This document shows positions 1-14,460 of a DNA stretch of 64,000 nt, piece by piece. A model generated the notes under the pieces. It ran no database searches and was not told the DNA's origin. It saw nothing but the letters and a program-made list of their open reading frames with translations. The DNA is from the human T2T-CHM13v2.0 reference genome, Homo sapiens. The stretch is taken from assembly GCF_009914755.1 (NCBI RefSeq), contig NC_060933.1; one strand, written 5' to 3'. Position 1 is the stretch's first letter. Every line of letters begins with the position of its first letter. The position numbers were made by a program, and so were the translations under genes.

Positions 1-111
1 CATTACGGATGATTCCATTCCATTGCAATACATTCCATTCCATTCCCCTGTACTCGGGTTGATTCCATTCCATTCCATTCCATTCCATTCTATTCCATTC
101 CATTCCATTCC

Positions 112-126
112 ATTCCGGAAGATTCC
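112..126. promoter_or_regulatory. Perfect three-unit heat-shock element motif aTTCc-gGAAg-aTTCc (first of ~23 copies)
   Basis: ATTCCGGAAGATTCC matches the canonical HSE nTTCnnGAAnnTTCn. This is a motif match only; binding is not shown by the sequence. Confidence 0.55.
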
Positions 127-1276
127 ATTCCATTGCATTCCATTCCATTCCATTCCCCTGCACTCGCGTTGATTCCATTCCATTCCATTCCATTCCATTC
201 CATTCCATTCCGTTCCGTTCCGTTCCATTCCATTCCATTCCATTCCATTCCATTCCGTTCCGTTCCATTCCATTCCATTCCATTCTATTCGGGTTAATTC
301 CATTCCATTCCATTCGATTGTAATCGTGTTGATTCCATTCCATTACATTCCATTCCATTCCATTCCATTCCTTTCCATTCCATTACGGATGATTCCATTC
401 CATTGCATTCCATTCCATTCCATTCCCCTGTACTCGGGTTGATTCCATTCCATTGCATTCCAATCCATGCCCTTCCACTCGTGTTGATTCCATTCTTTCC
501 ATTCCATTCAAGTTGAATCCATTCCATTGCATTCCATTCAATTTGATTCCATTCGATTGCACTCGGGTTGATTCCATTCCATTGCATTCCATTCCATTCC
601 ATTCCATTCCGTTCTATTCCATTCCATTACATTCGGATTGATTCTATTCAACTCCCTTACTCTCCATTACATTCCATTCCATTCGGGTTGTTCCATTCCA
701 TTCCATTCCATTCCACTCCATTCCATTGCACTCGGGTTGATTCCATTCTTTTCCATTCCATTCCATTCCATTCCGGATGATTACATTCCATTGCATTCCG
801 TTCCATTACATTCCCCTGCACTCGCGTTGATTCCATTCCATTCCATTCCATTCCATTCAATTCCAATCCATTACAATTCGTTCCATTCTATTCTATTCCG
901 TACCATTCCATTCCATTCCATGCCATTCCATTCCACTCCATTCCATTCCATTCCGTTCCATTCCGTTCCATTCCATTCCATTCCATTCTATTCGGATTAA
1001 TTCCATTCCATTCCATTCCATTCCATTCTATTCCATTGCATTGCAATCGAGTTGAATCCATTGCATTTCATTCCATTCCATTCCACTCCATTCCATTCCA
1101 TTCCGGAAGTTTCCATTCCATTGCATTCCATTCCATTCCATTCCCCTGCACTCGCGTTGATTCCATTCCATTCCATTCCATTCCATTCCGTTCCGCTCCA
1201 TTCCATTCCATTCCATTCCGTTCCGTTCCATTCCAGTCCATTCCATTCTATTCGGGTTAATTCCATTCCATTCCAT

Positions 1277-1290
1277 TCGATTGCAATCGA
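1277..1290. other. Perfect 14-bp palindrome TCGATTGCAATCGA (first of ~17-18 copies)
   Basis: Self-reverse-complementary. Recurs near 3035, 4438, 5912, 6939, 9899, 21114, 21482, 22695, 24628, 42143, 42506, 43729, 45642, 61042, 61870 and 63828. Confidence 0.85.
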
Positions 1291-4200
1291 GTTGATTCCA
1301 TTCCATTCCATTCCATTCCATTCCATTCCATTCCATTCCATTCCTTTCCGTTACATTCCATTCCATTCCATTCCATTCCATTCCATTCCGTTCCGTTCCG
1401 TTCCATTCCATTCCATTCCATTCTATTCGGGTTAATTCCATTCCATTCCATTCGATTGCAATTGAGTTGATTCCATTCCATTCCATTCCATTCCATTCCA
1501 TTCCATTCCTTTCCATTCCATTACGGATGATTCCATTCCATTGCATTCCATTCCATTCCATTCCCCCGTACTCGGGTTGATTCCATTCCATTCCATTCCA
1601 ATCCATGCCATTCCACTCGTGTTGATTCCATTCTTTCCATTCCATTCAAGTTGAATCCATTCCATTGCATTCCATTCCATTCCATTCCCCTGCAGTCGAG
1701 TTGATTCCATTCCATTCCATTCCATTCCATTCCATTCCATTCCATTCCATTCCATTCCGTTCCGATCCATTCCATTCCATTCCATTCTATTCGGGTTAAT
1801 TCCATTCCATTCCATTCCATTCCATTCCATTCCAATCGAGTTGATTCCATTCCATTCCATTCCATTCCATTCCACTCCATTCCAGTCCTTTCCATTCCAT
1901 TCCACTCGGGTTGATTCCAATGTATTCCTTTCCATTCCATTCCATTCCATTGCAATCGAGTTGATTCCATTGCTTTGCATTCCATTCCATTCCATTCCAT
2001 TCCAGATGATTCCATTCCATTGCATTCTATTCCATTCCATTCCCCTGTACTCGGGTTGATTCCATTCCATTCCACTCCATTCCGTTCCATTCCATTCCAT
2101 TCCATTGTATTCGGGTTAATTCCATTCCATTCCATTCCATTCCATTCCATTCCATTACAATCGAGTTGATTCCATTCCATTCCATTCCATTCCATTCCAT
2201 TCCAGTCCTTTCCATTCCATTCCACTCGGGTTGATTCCATTCTATTAGTTTCCATTCCATTCCATTCCCTTCCATTCCACTCTGGTTGATTCCATTCCTT
2301 TCCATTCCACTCGAATACATTCCCTCCTATTCCACTCGGAACGATTCCATTCCATTCCATTCCATTCCATTCCATTCCATTCCATTTCGTTCCATTCCAT
2401 TCTATTCCGTATCATTCCATTCCATTCCGTTCCATTCCATTCCATTCCATTCCACTCGTGTTGATTCCATTCCTTTCCATTCCATTCGGTTTGAAGGCAT
2501 TCCATTCCATTCCATTCCATTCCATTACATTCCATTCCATTGTACTCGGGTTGATTCCATTCCATTGCATTCCATTCCATTCCATTCCATTCCGTTGCAT
2601 TCCATTCCATTACATTCGGATTGATTCTATTCAAATCCCTTACTCTGCATTACATTCCATTCCATACGGGTTGTTCCATTCCATTCCATTCCATTCCACT
2701 CCATTCCATTGCACTAGGGTTGATTCCATTCCATACCATTCCATTCCATTCCGGATGATTCCATTCCATTGCATTCCGTTCCATTACATTCCCCTGCACT
2801 CGCGTTCATACCATTCCATTCCATTCCATTCAATTCTATTCCATTACAATTCGTTGCATTCCATTCTATTCCGTACCATTCCATTCCATTCCATACCATT
2901 CCATTCCATTCCATTCCATTCCATTCCATTCCATTGCATTCCATTCCATTCCATTCCATTCCATTCCATTCCATTCCGTTCCGTTCCATTCCATTCCATT
3001 CCATTCTATTCGGGTTAATTCCATTCCATTCCATTCGATTGCAATCGAGTTGATTCCATTCCATTCCATTCCATTCCATTCCATTCCTTTCCATTCCATT
3101 ACGGATGATTCCATTCCATTGCATTCCATTCCATTCCATTCCCCTGTACTCGGGTTGATTCCATTCCATTCCATTCCAATCCATGCCATTCCACTCGTGT
3201 TGATTGCATTCTTTCCATTCCATTCAAGTTGAATCCATTCCATTGCATTCCATTCCATTCCATTCCCCTGCAGTCGGGTTGTTTCCATTCCATTCCATTC
3301 CATTCCATTCCATTCCATTCCATTCCGTTCCGTTCCATTCCATTCCATTTCATTCTATTCGGGTTAATTCCATTTCATTCCATTCCATTCCATTCCATTC
3401 CATTCCAATCGAGTTGATTCCATTCCATTCCATTCCATTCCATTCCACTCCATTCCAAGATATTCCTTTCCATTCCATTCCATTCCATTGCAATCGAGTT
3501 GATTCCATTGTTTTGCATTCCATTCCATTCCATTCCATTCCGGATGATTCCATTCCATTGCATTCCATTGCATTCCATTCCCCTGCAATCGGGTTGATTC
3601 CATTCCATTCCACTCCATTCCGTTCCATTCCATTCCATTCCATTTTATTCGGGTTAATTCCATTCCATTCCATTCCATTCCATTCCATTCCATTCCATTA
3701 CAATCGAGTTGATTCCATTCCATTCCATTCCATTCCAGTCCTTTCCATTCTATTCCTCTCGGGTTGATTCCATTCTATTAGTTTCCATTCCATTCCATTC
3801 CCTTCCATTCCACTCTGGTTGATTCCATTCCTTTCCATTCCACTCGAATACACTCCCTCCTATTCCACTCGGAACGATTCCATTCCATTCCATTCCATTC
3901 CATTCCATTCCATTTCGTTCCATTCCATTCTATTCCGTATCATTCCATTCCATTCCATTCCATTCCATTCCATTCCTTTCCATTCCATTCCATTGTACTC
4001 GGGTTGATACCATTCCATTGCGTTCCATTCCATTCCATTCCATTCCATTACGTTGCATTCCATTCCATTACATTCGGATTGATTCTATTCAACTCCCTTA
4101 CTCTCCATTACATTCCATTCCATTCGGGTTGTTCCATTCCATTCCATTCCATTCCACTCCATTGCATTGCACTCGGGTTTATTCCATTCCATTCCATTCC

Positions 4201-7200
4201 ATTCCATTCCATTCCATTCCGGAAGATTCCATTCCATTGCATTCCATTCCATTCCATTCCCCTGCACTCGCGTTGATTCCATTCCATTCCATTCCATTCC
4301 ATTCCATTCCATTCCATTCCATTCCTTTCCCTTCCATTCCATTCCATTCCATTCCATTCCAATCCGTTCCATTCCGTTCCGTTCTGTTCCATTCCATTCC
4401 ATTCCATTCTATTCAGGTTTATTCCATTCCATTCCATTCGATTGCAATCGAGTTGATTCCATTCCATTCTATTCCAATCCATTCCATTCCTTTCCATTCC
4501 ATTACGGATGATTCCATTCCATTGCATTCCATTCCATTCCATTCCCCTGTACTCCGGTTGATTCCATTCCATCCCATTCCAATCCATGCCATTCCACTCG
4601 TGTTGATTCCATTCTTTCCATTCCATTCAAGTTGAATCCATTCCATTGCATTCCATTCCATTCCATTACCCTGCAGTCGGGTTGATTCCATTCCATTCCA
4701 TTCCATTACATTCCATTCCATTGCATTCCGTTCCGTTCCATTCCATTCCATTCCATTCTATTCGGGTTAATTCCATTCCATTCCATTCCATTCCATTCCA
4801 ATCGAGTTGATTCCATTCCATTCCATTCCACTCCATTCCAGTCCTTTCCATTCCATTCCACTCGGGTTGATTCCAATGTATTCCTTTCCATTCCATTCCA
4901 TTCCATTGCAATCGAGTTGATTCCATTGCTTTGCATTCCATTCCATTCCATTCCATTCCGGATGATTCCATTCCATTGCATTCCATTCCATTCCATTCCC
5001 CTGCACTCGGGTTGATTCCATTCCATTCCACTCCATTCCGTTCCATTCCATTCCATTCCATTGTATTCGGGTTAATTCCATTCCATTCCATTCCATTCCA
5101 TTCCATTCCATTACAATCGAGTTGATTCCATTCCATTCCATTCAATTCCAGTCATTTCCATTCCATTCCACTCGGGTTGATTCCATTCTATTAGTTTCCA
5201 TTCCATTCCATTCCCTTCCATTCCACTCTGGTTGATACCATTCCTTTCCATTCCACTCGAATACATTCCCTCCTATACCACTCGGAACGATTCCATTCCA
5301 TTCCATTCCATTCCATTCCATTCCATTTCGTTCCATTCCATTCTATTCCGTATCATTCCATTCCATTCCATTCCATTCCATTCCATTCCATTCCATTCCA
5401 TTCCATTCCATTCCATTGTACTCGGGTTGATTCAATTCCATTGCATTCCATTCCATTCCATTCCATTCAATTCCATTCCATTACAATTCGTTCCATTCCA
5501 TTCTATTCCGTACCATTCCATCCCATTCCATACCATTCCATTCCACTCCATTCCATTCCATTCCGTTCCATTCCGTTCCATTCCATTCCATTCCATTCTA
5601 TTCGGATTAATTCCATTCCATTCCATTCCATTCCATTCTATTCCATTCCATTGCAATCGAGTTGAATCCATTGCATTTCATTCCATTCCATTCCATTCCA
5701 TTCCATTCCGGAAGATTCCATTCCATTGCATTCCATTCCATTCCATTCCCCTGCACTCGCGTTGATTCCATTCCATTCCATTCCATTCCATTCCATTCCG
5801 TTCCGTTCCGTTCCGTTCCATTCCATTCCATTCCATTCCATTCCATTCCGTTCCGTTCCGTTCCATTCCATTCCATTCCATTCTATTCGGGTTAATTCCA
5901 TTCCGTTCCATTCGATTGCAATCGAGTTGATTCCATTCCATTCCATTCCTTTCCATTCCATTACGGATGATTCCATTCCATTGCATTCCATTCCATTCCA
6001 TTCCCCTGTACTCGGGTTGATTCCATTCCATTCCATTCCAATCCATGCCATTCCACTCGTGTTGATTCCATTCTTTCCATTCCATTCAAGTTGAATCCAT
6101 TCCATTGCATTCCATTCCATTCGATTCCATTCGATTGCACTCGGGTTGATTCCATTCCATTGCATTCCATTCCATTCCATTCCATTCCATTCCATTCCAT
6201 TCCATTACATTACATTCGGATTGATTCTATTCAATTCCCTTACACTCCATTACATTCCATTCCATTCGGGTAGTTTCCATTCCATTCCATTCCATTCCTC
6301 TCCATTCCATTGCACTCGGGTTGATTCCATTCCATTGCATTCCATTCCATTCCATTCAATTCCTTTCCGCTCCATTCCATTCCATTACATTCGGATTGAT
6401 TCTATTCAACTCCCTACTCTCCATTACATTCCATTCCATTCGGGTAGTTTCCATTGCATTCCATTCCATTCCTCTCTATTCCATTGAACTCGGGTTGATT
6501 CCATTCCATTGCATTCCATTCCATTCCATTCAATTCCATTCCGTTCCATTCCATTCCATTACATTCGGATTAATTCTATTCAACTCCCTTACTCTCCATT
6601 ACATTCCATTCCATTCGGGTTGTTCCATTCCATTCCATTCCATTCCACTCCATTCCATTGCACTCGGGTTTATTCCATTCCATTCCATTGCATTCCATTC
6701 CATTCCATTCCGGAAGATTCCATTCCATTGCATTCCATTCCATTCCATTCCCCTGCACTCGCGTTGATTCCATTCCATTCCATTCCATTCCATTCCATTC
6801 CATTCCATTCCATTCCATTCCTTTCCGTTCCATTCCATTCCATTCCATTCCATTCCATTCCAATCCATTCCATTCCGTTCCGTTCCGTTCCATTCCATTC
6901 CATTCAATTCTATTCGGGTTAATTCCATTCCATTCCATTCGATTGCAATCGAGTTGATTCCATTCCATTCCATTCCATTCCATTCCATTCCATTCCATTC
7001 CTTTCCATTCCATTACGGATGATTCCATTCCATTGCATTCCATTCCATTCCATTCCCCTGTACTCGGGTTGATTCCATTCCATTCCATTCCAATCCATGC
7101 CATTCCACTCGTGTTGATTCCATTCTTTCCATTCCATTCAAGTTGAATACATTCCATTGCATTCCATTCCATTCCATTCCCCTGCAGTCGGGTTGTTTCC

Positions 7201-8739
7201 ATTCCATTCCATTCCATTCCATTCCATTCCATTCCATTCCGTTCCGTTCCATTCCATTCCATTCCATTCTATTCGGGTTAATTCCATTTCATTCCATTCC
7301 ATTCCATTCCATTCCATTCCAATCGAGTTGATTCCATTCCATTCCATTCCATTCCATTCCATTCCACTCCATTCCAGTCCTTTCCATTCCATTCCACTCG
7401 GGTTGATTCCAATGTATTCCTTTCCATTCCATTCCATTGCATTGCAATCGAGTTGATTCCATTGCTTTGCATTCCATTCCATTCCATTCCATTCCGGATG
7501 ATTCCATTCCATTGCATTCCATTCCATTCCATTCCCCTGCACTCGGGTTGATTCCATTCCATTCCACTCCATTCCGTTCCGTTCCATTCCATTGCATAGT
7601 ATTCTGGTTAATTCCATTCCATTCCATTCCATTCCATTCCAGTCCTTTCCATTCTATTCCTCTCGGGTTGATTCCATTCTATTAGTTTCCATTCCATTCC
7701 ATTACCTTCCATTCCACTCTGGTTGATTCCATTCCTTTCCATTCCACTCGAATACATTCCCTCCTATTCCACTCGGAACGATTCCATTCCATTCCATTCC
7801 ATTCCATTCCATTCCATTCCATTCCATTTCGTTCCATTCCATTCTATTCCGTATCATTCCATTCCATTCCATTCCATTCCATTCCATTGTACTCGTGTTG
7901 ATTCAATTCCATTGCATTCCATTCCATTCCATTCCATTCCATTCCGTTGCATTCAATTCCATTACATTCGGATTGATTCTATTCAACTCCCTTACTCTCC
8001 ATTACATTCAATTCCATGCGGGTTGTTCCATTCCATTCCATTCCATTCCATTCCATTCCATTCCATTCCATTCCGGATGATTCCATTCCATTGCATTCCG
8101 TTCCATTACATTCCCCTGCACTCGCGTTGATTCCATTCCATTCCATTCAATTCCATTCCATTACAATTCGTTCCATTCCATTCTATTCCGTACCATTCCA
8201 TTCCATTCCATACCATTCCATTCCATTCCTTTCCATTCCGTTCCATTCCGTTCCATTCCATTCCATTCCATTCTATTCGAATTAATTCCATTCCATTCCA
8301 TTCCATTCCATTGTATTCCATTCCATTGCAATCGAGTTGAATCCATTGCATTTCATTCCATTCCATTCCATTCCATTCCATTCCATTCGGGAAGATGCCA
8401 TTCCATTGCATTCCATTCCATTCCATTCCCCTGCACTCGCGTTGATTCCATTCCATTCCATTCCATTCCATTCCATTCCTTTCCATTCCATTATGGATGA
8501 TTCCATTCCATTGCATTCCATTCCATTCCATTCCCCTGTACTCGGGTTGATTCCATTCCATTCCATTCCAATCCATGCCATTCCACTCGTGTTGATTCCA
8601 TTCTTTCCATTCCATTCAAGTTGAATTCATTCCATTGCATTCCATTCCATTCGATTCCATTCGATTGCACTCGGGTTGATTCCATTCCATTGCATTCCAT
8701 TCCATTCCATTCCATTCCGTTCCATTCCATTCCATTACA

Positions 8740-9640
8740 TTCGGATTGATTCTATTCAATTCCTTTACAGTCCATTACATTCCATTCCATTTGGGTAGTT
8801 TCCATTCCATTCCATTCCATTCCTCTCCATTCCATTGCACTCGGGTTGATTCCATTCCATTGCATTCCATTCCATTCCATTCCATTCCATTCCATTCCGT
8901 TCCATTCCATTACATTCGGATTGATTCTATTCAACTCCCTTACTCTCCATTACATTCCATTCCATTCGGGTTGTTCCATTCCATTCCATTCCATTCCACT
9001 CCATTCCATTGCGCTCGGGTTGATTCCATTCCATTCCATTCCATTCCATTCCATTCCATTCCATTCCATTCCATTCCGGATGATTCCATTCCATTGCATT
9101 CCGTTCCATTACATTCCCCAGCACTCGGGTTGATTCCATTCCATTCCATTCCATTCCATTCGATTCCATTCCATTCCAATTCTTTCCATTCCATTCTATT
9201 CCGTACCATTCCATTCCATTCCATACAATTCCATTCCATTCCATTCCACTCCGTTCCGTTCCGTTCCGTTCTGTTCCGTTCCATTCCATTCCATTCCATT
9301 CTATTCGGTTTAATTCCATTCCATTCCATTCCATTCCATTCCATTCCATTCTATTCCTTTCCATTGCAATCGAGTTGAATCCATTGCATTCCATTCCATT
9401 CCATTACATTCCATTCCATTCCATTCCGGAAGATTCCATTGCATTCCATTCCATTCCATTCCATTCCATTCCATTCCATTCCGTTCCATTCCATTGTACT
9501 CGGGTTGATTCCATTCCATTGCATTCCATTCCATTCCATTCCGTTCCATTCCATTCCATTACATTCGGATTGATTCTATTCAACTCCCTTACTCTCCATT
9601 ACATTCCATTCCATTCGATTTGTTCCATTCCATTCCATTC
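8740..9640 (+). repeat. ~0.9-kb duplicate of ~10510-11500
   Basis: Shared private variants TTACAGTCC (~8765/10537), GCGCTCGGG (9011/10863), CCATACAATT (9221/11053), CTGTTCCGTT and CGGTTTAATT. Offset ~1.8 kb. Confidence 0.8.
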
Positions 9641-12600
9641 CATTCCACTCCATTCCATTGCACTCGGATTGATTCCATTCTATTCCATTCCATTCCATTC
9701 CATTCCATTCCATTCCGGAAGATTCCATTCCATTTCATTCCATTCCATTCCATTCCCCTGCAGTCGCGTTGATTCCATTCCATTCCATTCTATTCCATTC
9801 CATTCCCTTCCTTTCCGTTCCATTCCATTCCATTCCATTCCGTTCCGTTCCATTCCATTCCATTCCATTCTATTCGGGTTAATTCCATTCCATTCCATTC
9901 GATTGCAATCGAGTTGATTCCATTCCATTCCATTCCATTCCATTCCATTCCATTCCATTTCATTCCATTCCTTTCCATTCCTTTCCATTCCATTAATGAT
10001 GATTCCATTCCATTGCATTCCATTCCATTCCATTCCCCTATACTCGGGTTGATTCCATTCCATTCCATTCCAATCCATGCCATTCCACTCTTGTTGATTC
10101 CATTCTTTCCATTGCATTCAAGTTGAATCTATTCCATTGCATTCCATTCCATTCGATTCCATTCGATTGCACTCGGGTTGATTCCATTCCATTGCATTCC
10201 ATTCCATTCCATTCCATTCCATTCCATTCCGTTCTATTCCATTTCATTACATTCAGATTGATTCTATTCAATTCCCTTACACTCCATTATATTCCGATCC
10301 ATTCAGGTTGTCTCCATTCCATTCCATTCCATTTCACTCCATTCCATTGCACTCGGGTTGATTCCATTCCATTCCATTCCATTGCATTCCATTCCATTCC
10401 ATTCCGGATGATTCCATTCCGTTGCATTCCATTCCATTCCATTCCCCTGCACTCGGGTTGATTCCATTCCATTCCATTCCATTACATTCCGTTCCATTCC
10501 ATTCCATTCCATTCGGATTGATTCTATTCAATTCCCTTACAGTCCATTACATTCCATTCCATTCGGGTAGTTTCCACTCCATTCCATTCCATTCCTCTCC
10601 ATTCCATTGCACTCGGGTTGATTCCATTCCATTCCATTCCATTCCATTCCATTACATTACATTCCATTTCATTCTGTTCTATTGTACTCGGGTTGATTCC
10701 ATTCCATTGCATTCCATTCCATTCCATTCCATTCCATTCCATTCCATTCCGTTCCATTCCATTACATTCGGATTGATTCTATTCAACTCCCTTACTCTCC
10801 ATTACATTCCATTCCATTCGGGTTGTTCCATTCCATTCCATTCCATTCCACTCCATTCCATTGCGCTCGGGTTGATTCCATTCCATTCCATTCCATTCCA
10901 TTCCATTCCATTCCATTCCATTCCGGATGATTCCATTCCATTGCATTCCGTTCCATTACATTCCCCTGCACTCGGGTTGATTCCATTCCATTCGATTCCA
11001 TTCCATTCCAGTTCTTTCCATTCCATTCTATTCCGTACCATTCCATTCCATTCCATACAATTCCATTCCATTCCATTCCACTCCGTTCCGTTCCGTTCTG
11101 TTCCGTTCCATTCCATTCCATTCCATTCTATCCGGTTTAATTCCATTCCATTCCATTCCATTCCATTCCATTCTATTCCATTCCATTGCAATCGAGTTGA
11201 ATCCATTGCATTCCATTCCATTCCATTCCATTCCATTCAATTCCGGAAGATTCCATTCCATTGCATTCCATTCCATTCCATTCCATTCCATTCCATTCCA
11301 TTCCATTCCATTCCATTGTACTCGGGTTGATTCCATTCCATTGCATTCCATTCCATTCCATTCCATTCCATTCCATTCCGTTCCATTCCATTCCATTACA
11401 TTCGGATTGATTCTTTTCAACTCCCTTACTCTCCATTACATTCCATTCCATTCGGGTTGTTCCATTCCATTCCTTTCCATTCCACTCCATTCCATTGCAC
11501 TCGGGTTGATTCCATTCAATTCCATTCCATTCCTTTCCGGATGATTCCATTCCATTGCATTCCGTTCCATTACGTTCCCCTGCACTCGGGTTGATTCCAT
11601 TCCATTCCTTTCCATTCCATTCGAATCCATTCCATTCCCCTGCACTCGCGTTGATTCCATTCCATTCCATTCCATTCCTTTCCGTTCCATTCCATTCCAC
11701 TCCATTCCATTCCGTTCCGTTCCATTCCATTCCATTCCATTCTATTCGGGTTAATTCCATTCCATTCCATTCGATTGCAAACGACTTGATTCCATTCCAT
11801 TCCATTCCATTCCATTCCATTCCATTCCATTCCATTCCAGTCCTTTCCATTCCTTTCCATTCCATTACTGATGATTCCATTCCATTGCATTCCATTCCAT
11901 TCCATTCCCCGGTACTCGGGTTGATTCCATTCCATTCCATTCCAATCCATGCCATTCCACTCGTGTTGATTCCATTCTTTCCTTTCCATTCAAGTTGAAT
12001 CCATTCCATTGTATTCCATTCCATTTGATTCCATTCGATTGCACTCGGGTTGATTCCATTCCATTGCATTCCATTCCATTCCATTCCATTCCATTCCATT
12101 CCCTTCCATTCCACTCTGGTTGATTCCATTCCTTTCCATTCCACTCGAATACATTCCCTCCTATTCCACTCGGAACGATTCCATTCCATTCCATTCCATT
12201 CCATTCCATTCCATTCCATTCCATTCCATTTCGTTCCATTCCATTCTATTCCCTATCATTCCATTCCATTCCATTCCATTCCATTCCATTCCATTCCATT
12301 CCATTCCATTGTACTCGGGTTGATTCCATTATATTGCATTCCATTCCATTCCATTCCATTCCATTCCACTCCGTTGCATTGCATTCCATTACATGCGGAT
12401 TGATTCTATTCAAATCCCTTACTCTCCATTACATTCCATTCCTTTGGGGTTGTTCCATTCCATTCCATTCCATTCCACTCCATTCCATTGCACTCGGGTT
12501 GATTCCATTCCATTCCATTCCATTCCATTCCATTCCATTCCGGATGATTCCATTCCACTGCAATCTGTTCCATTAAATTCCCCTGCACTCGCGTTGATTC

Positions 12601-13539
12601 CATTCCATTCCATTCCATTCCATTCAATTCCATTCCATTACAATTCGTTCCATTCCATTCTATTCCGTACCATTCCATTCCATTCCATACCATTCCATTC
12701 CATTCCGTTCCATTCCATTCCGTTACATTCCGTTCCATTCCATTCCATTCCATTCTATTCGGATTAATTCCATTCCATTCCATTCCATTCCATTGCAATC
12801 GAGTTGAATCCATTGCATTTCATTCCATTCCATTCCATTCCATTCCATTCCATTCCATTCCATTCCATTCCGTTCCATTCCATTCCTTTACATTCGGATT
12901 GATTCTATTCAATTCCCTTACACTCCATTACATTCCATTCCATTCGGGTAGTTTCCATTCCATTCCATTCCATTCCATTCCTCTCCATTCCATTGCACTC
13001 GGGTTGATTCCATTCCATTGCATTCCATTCCATTCCATTCAATTCCATTCCGTTCCATTCCATTCCATTACATTCGGATTGATTCTATTCAACTCCCTTA
13101 CTCTCTGTTACATTCCATTCCATTCGGGTTGTTCCATTCCATTCCATTCCATTCCACTCCATTCCATTGCACTCGGGTTGATTCCATTCCATTCCATTAA
13201 ATTCCATTCCATTCCATTCCATTCCATTCCGGAAGATTCCATTCCAATGCATTCCATTCCATTCCATTCCCCTGCACTCGCGTTGATTCCATTCCATTCC
13301 ATTACATTCCATTCCGTTCCGTTCCATTCCATTCTATTCCATTCCATTCCATTCCGTTCCGTTCCATTCCATTCCATTCCATTCTATTCGGGTTAATTCC
13401 ATTCCATTCCATTCGATTGTCATCGAGTTGATTCCATTCCATTCCATTCCATTCCATTCCATTCCATTCCTTTCCATTCCATTACGGATGACTCCATTCC
13501 ATTGCTTTCCATTCCATTCCATTCCCCTGTACTCGGGTT

Positions 13540-14460
13540 GATTCCATTCCATTCCATTCCACTCCATTCGGTTCCGTTGCATTCCATTCTATTGCATTCC
13601 ATTCTATTCGGGTTAATTCCATTCCATTCTATTCCATTCCATTCCATTCCATTCCATTGCAATGGAGTTTATTCCATTCCATTCCATTCCATTCCGGATG
13701 ATTCAATTCCATTGCATTCCATTGCATTCCATTCCCCTGCACTCGTGTTGATTCCATTCCCTTCCATTCCATTCCATTCCGTTCCATTCCATTCCATTCC
13801 ATTCTATTCCGGTTAATTCCATTCCATTCCATTCCATTCCATTCCATTCCATTCCATTGCAATCGAGTTGATTCCATTCCATTCCTTTCCATTCCATTCC
13901 ATTGCCTTGCATTCCACTCGGGTTGATTCCATTCCCTTCTTTCCACTCCATTACATTCCCTTCCATTCCACTCGGAATGATTGATTCCATTCCATTCCAT
14001 TCCATTTCATTCCATTGCAATCCATTCCAATCCATTCCATTCCATTCCATTCCACTCGAGTTGACTTCATTCCATTCCTTTCCATTCCATTCCATTCCTT
14101 TCCACTCGAGTTGATTCCATTCCATTCCAATCCATTGCAATCCTTTCCATGCCATTCCACTCGGGTTGATTCCATTCCTTTGCATTCCATTCAATTCCAT
14201 TCCATTGCATTCCATTCCATTCCATTCCGTTGCATTCCATTCCATTACATTCGGATTGATTCTATTCAACTCCCTTACTCTCCATTACATTCCATTCCAT
14301 TCGGGTTGTTCCATTCCATTCCATTCCATTCGACTCCATTCCATTGCACTCGGGTTGATTCCATTCCATTCCATTCCATTCCATTCCATTCCATTCCGGA
14401 TGATTCCATTCCATTGCATTCCGTTCCATTACATTCCCCTGCACTCGGGTTGATACCATT
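13540..14460 (+). repeat. ~0.9-kb dispersed duplicate of ~17950-18860
   Basis: ORF offset 4408 (13902->18310, 14015->18423). Shared rare words: TTCGGTTCCG, GCAATGGAG, TTCCGGTTAA, GCCTTGC, CGGAATGATTGATT, CCACTCGAG. Confidence 0.85.

Noticed and set aside
630-660. DUX4, ONECUT or PBX-HOX-like sites in CGGATTGATTCTATTCAA and TTGATTGAT words
   Set aside because: There is no full match to the DUX4 consensus. The short AT-rich cores are expected by chance from the TTGATT decamer, so they are too weak to report.
2305-2345. CTCGAATACATTCCCTCCTATTCCACTCGGAACG word as a possible foreign insert (reverse strand contains AGGAGG)
   Set aside because: It stays in pentamer phase and has intermediate variants (34341, 60386), so it is a diverged satellite module. 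The Shine-Dalgarno resemblance is coincidental.
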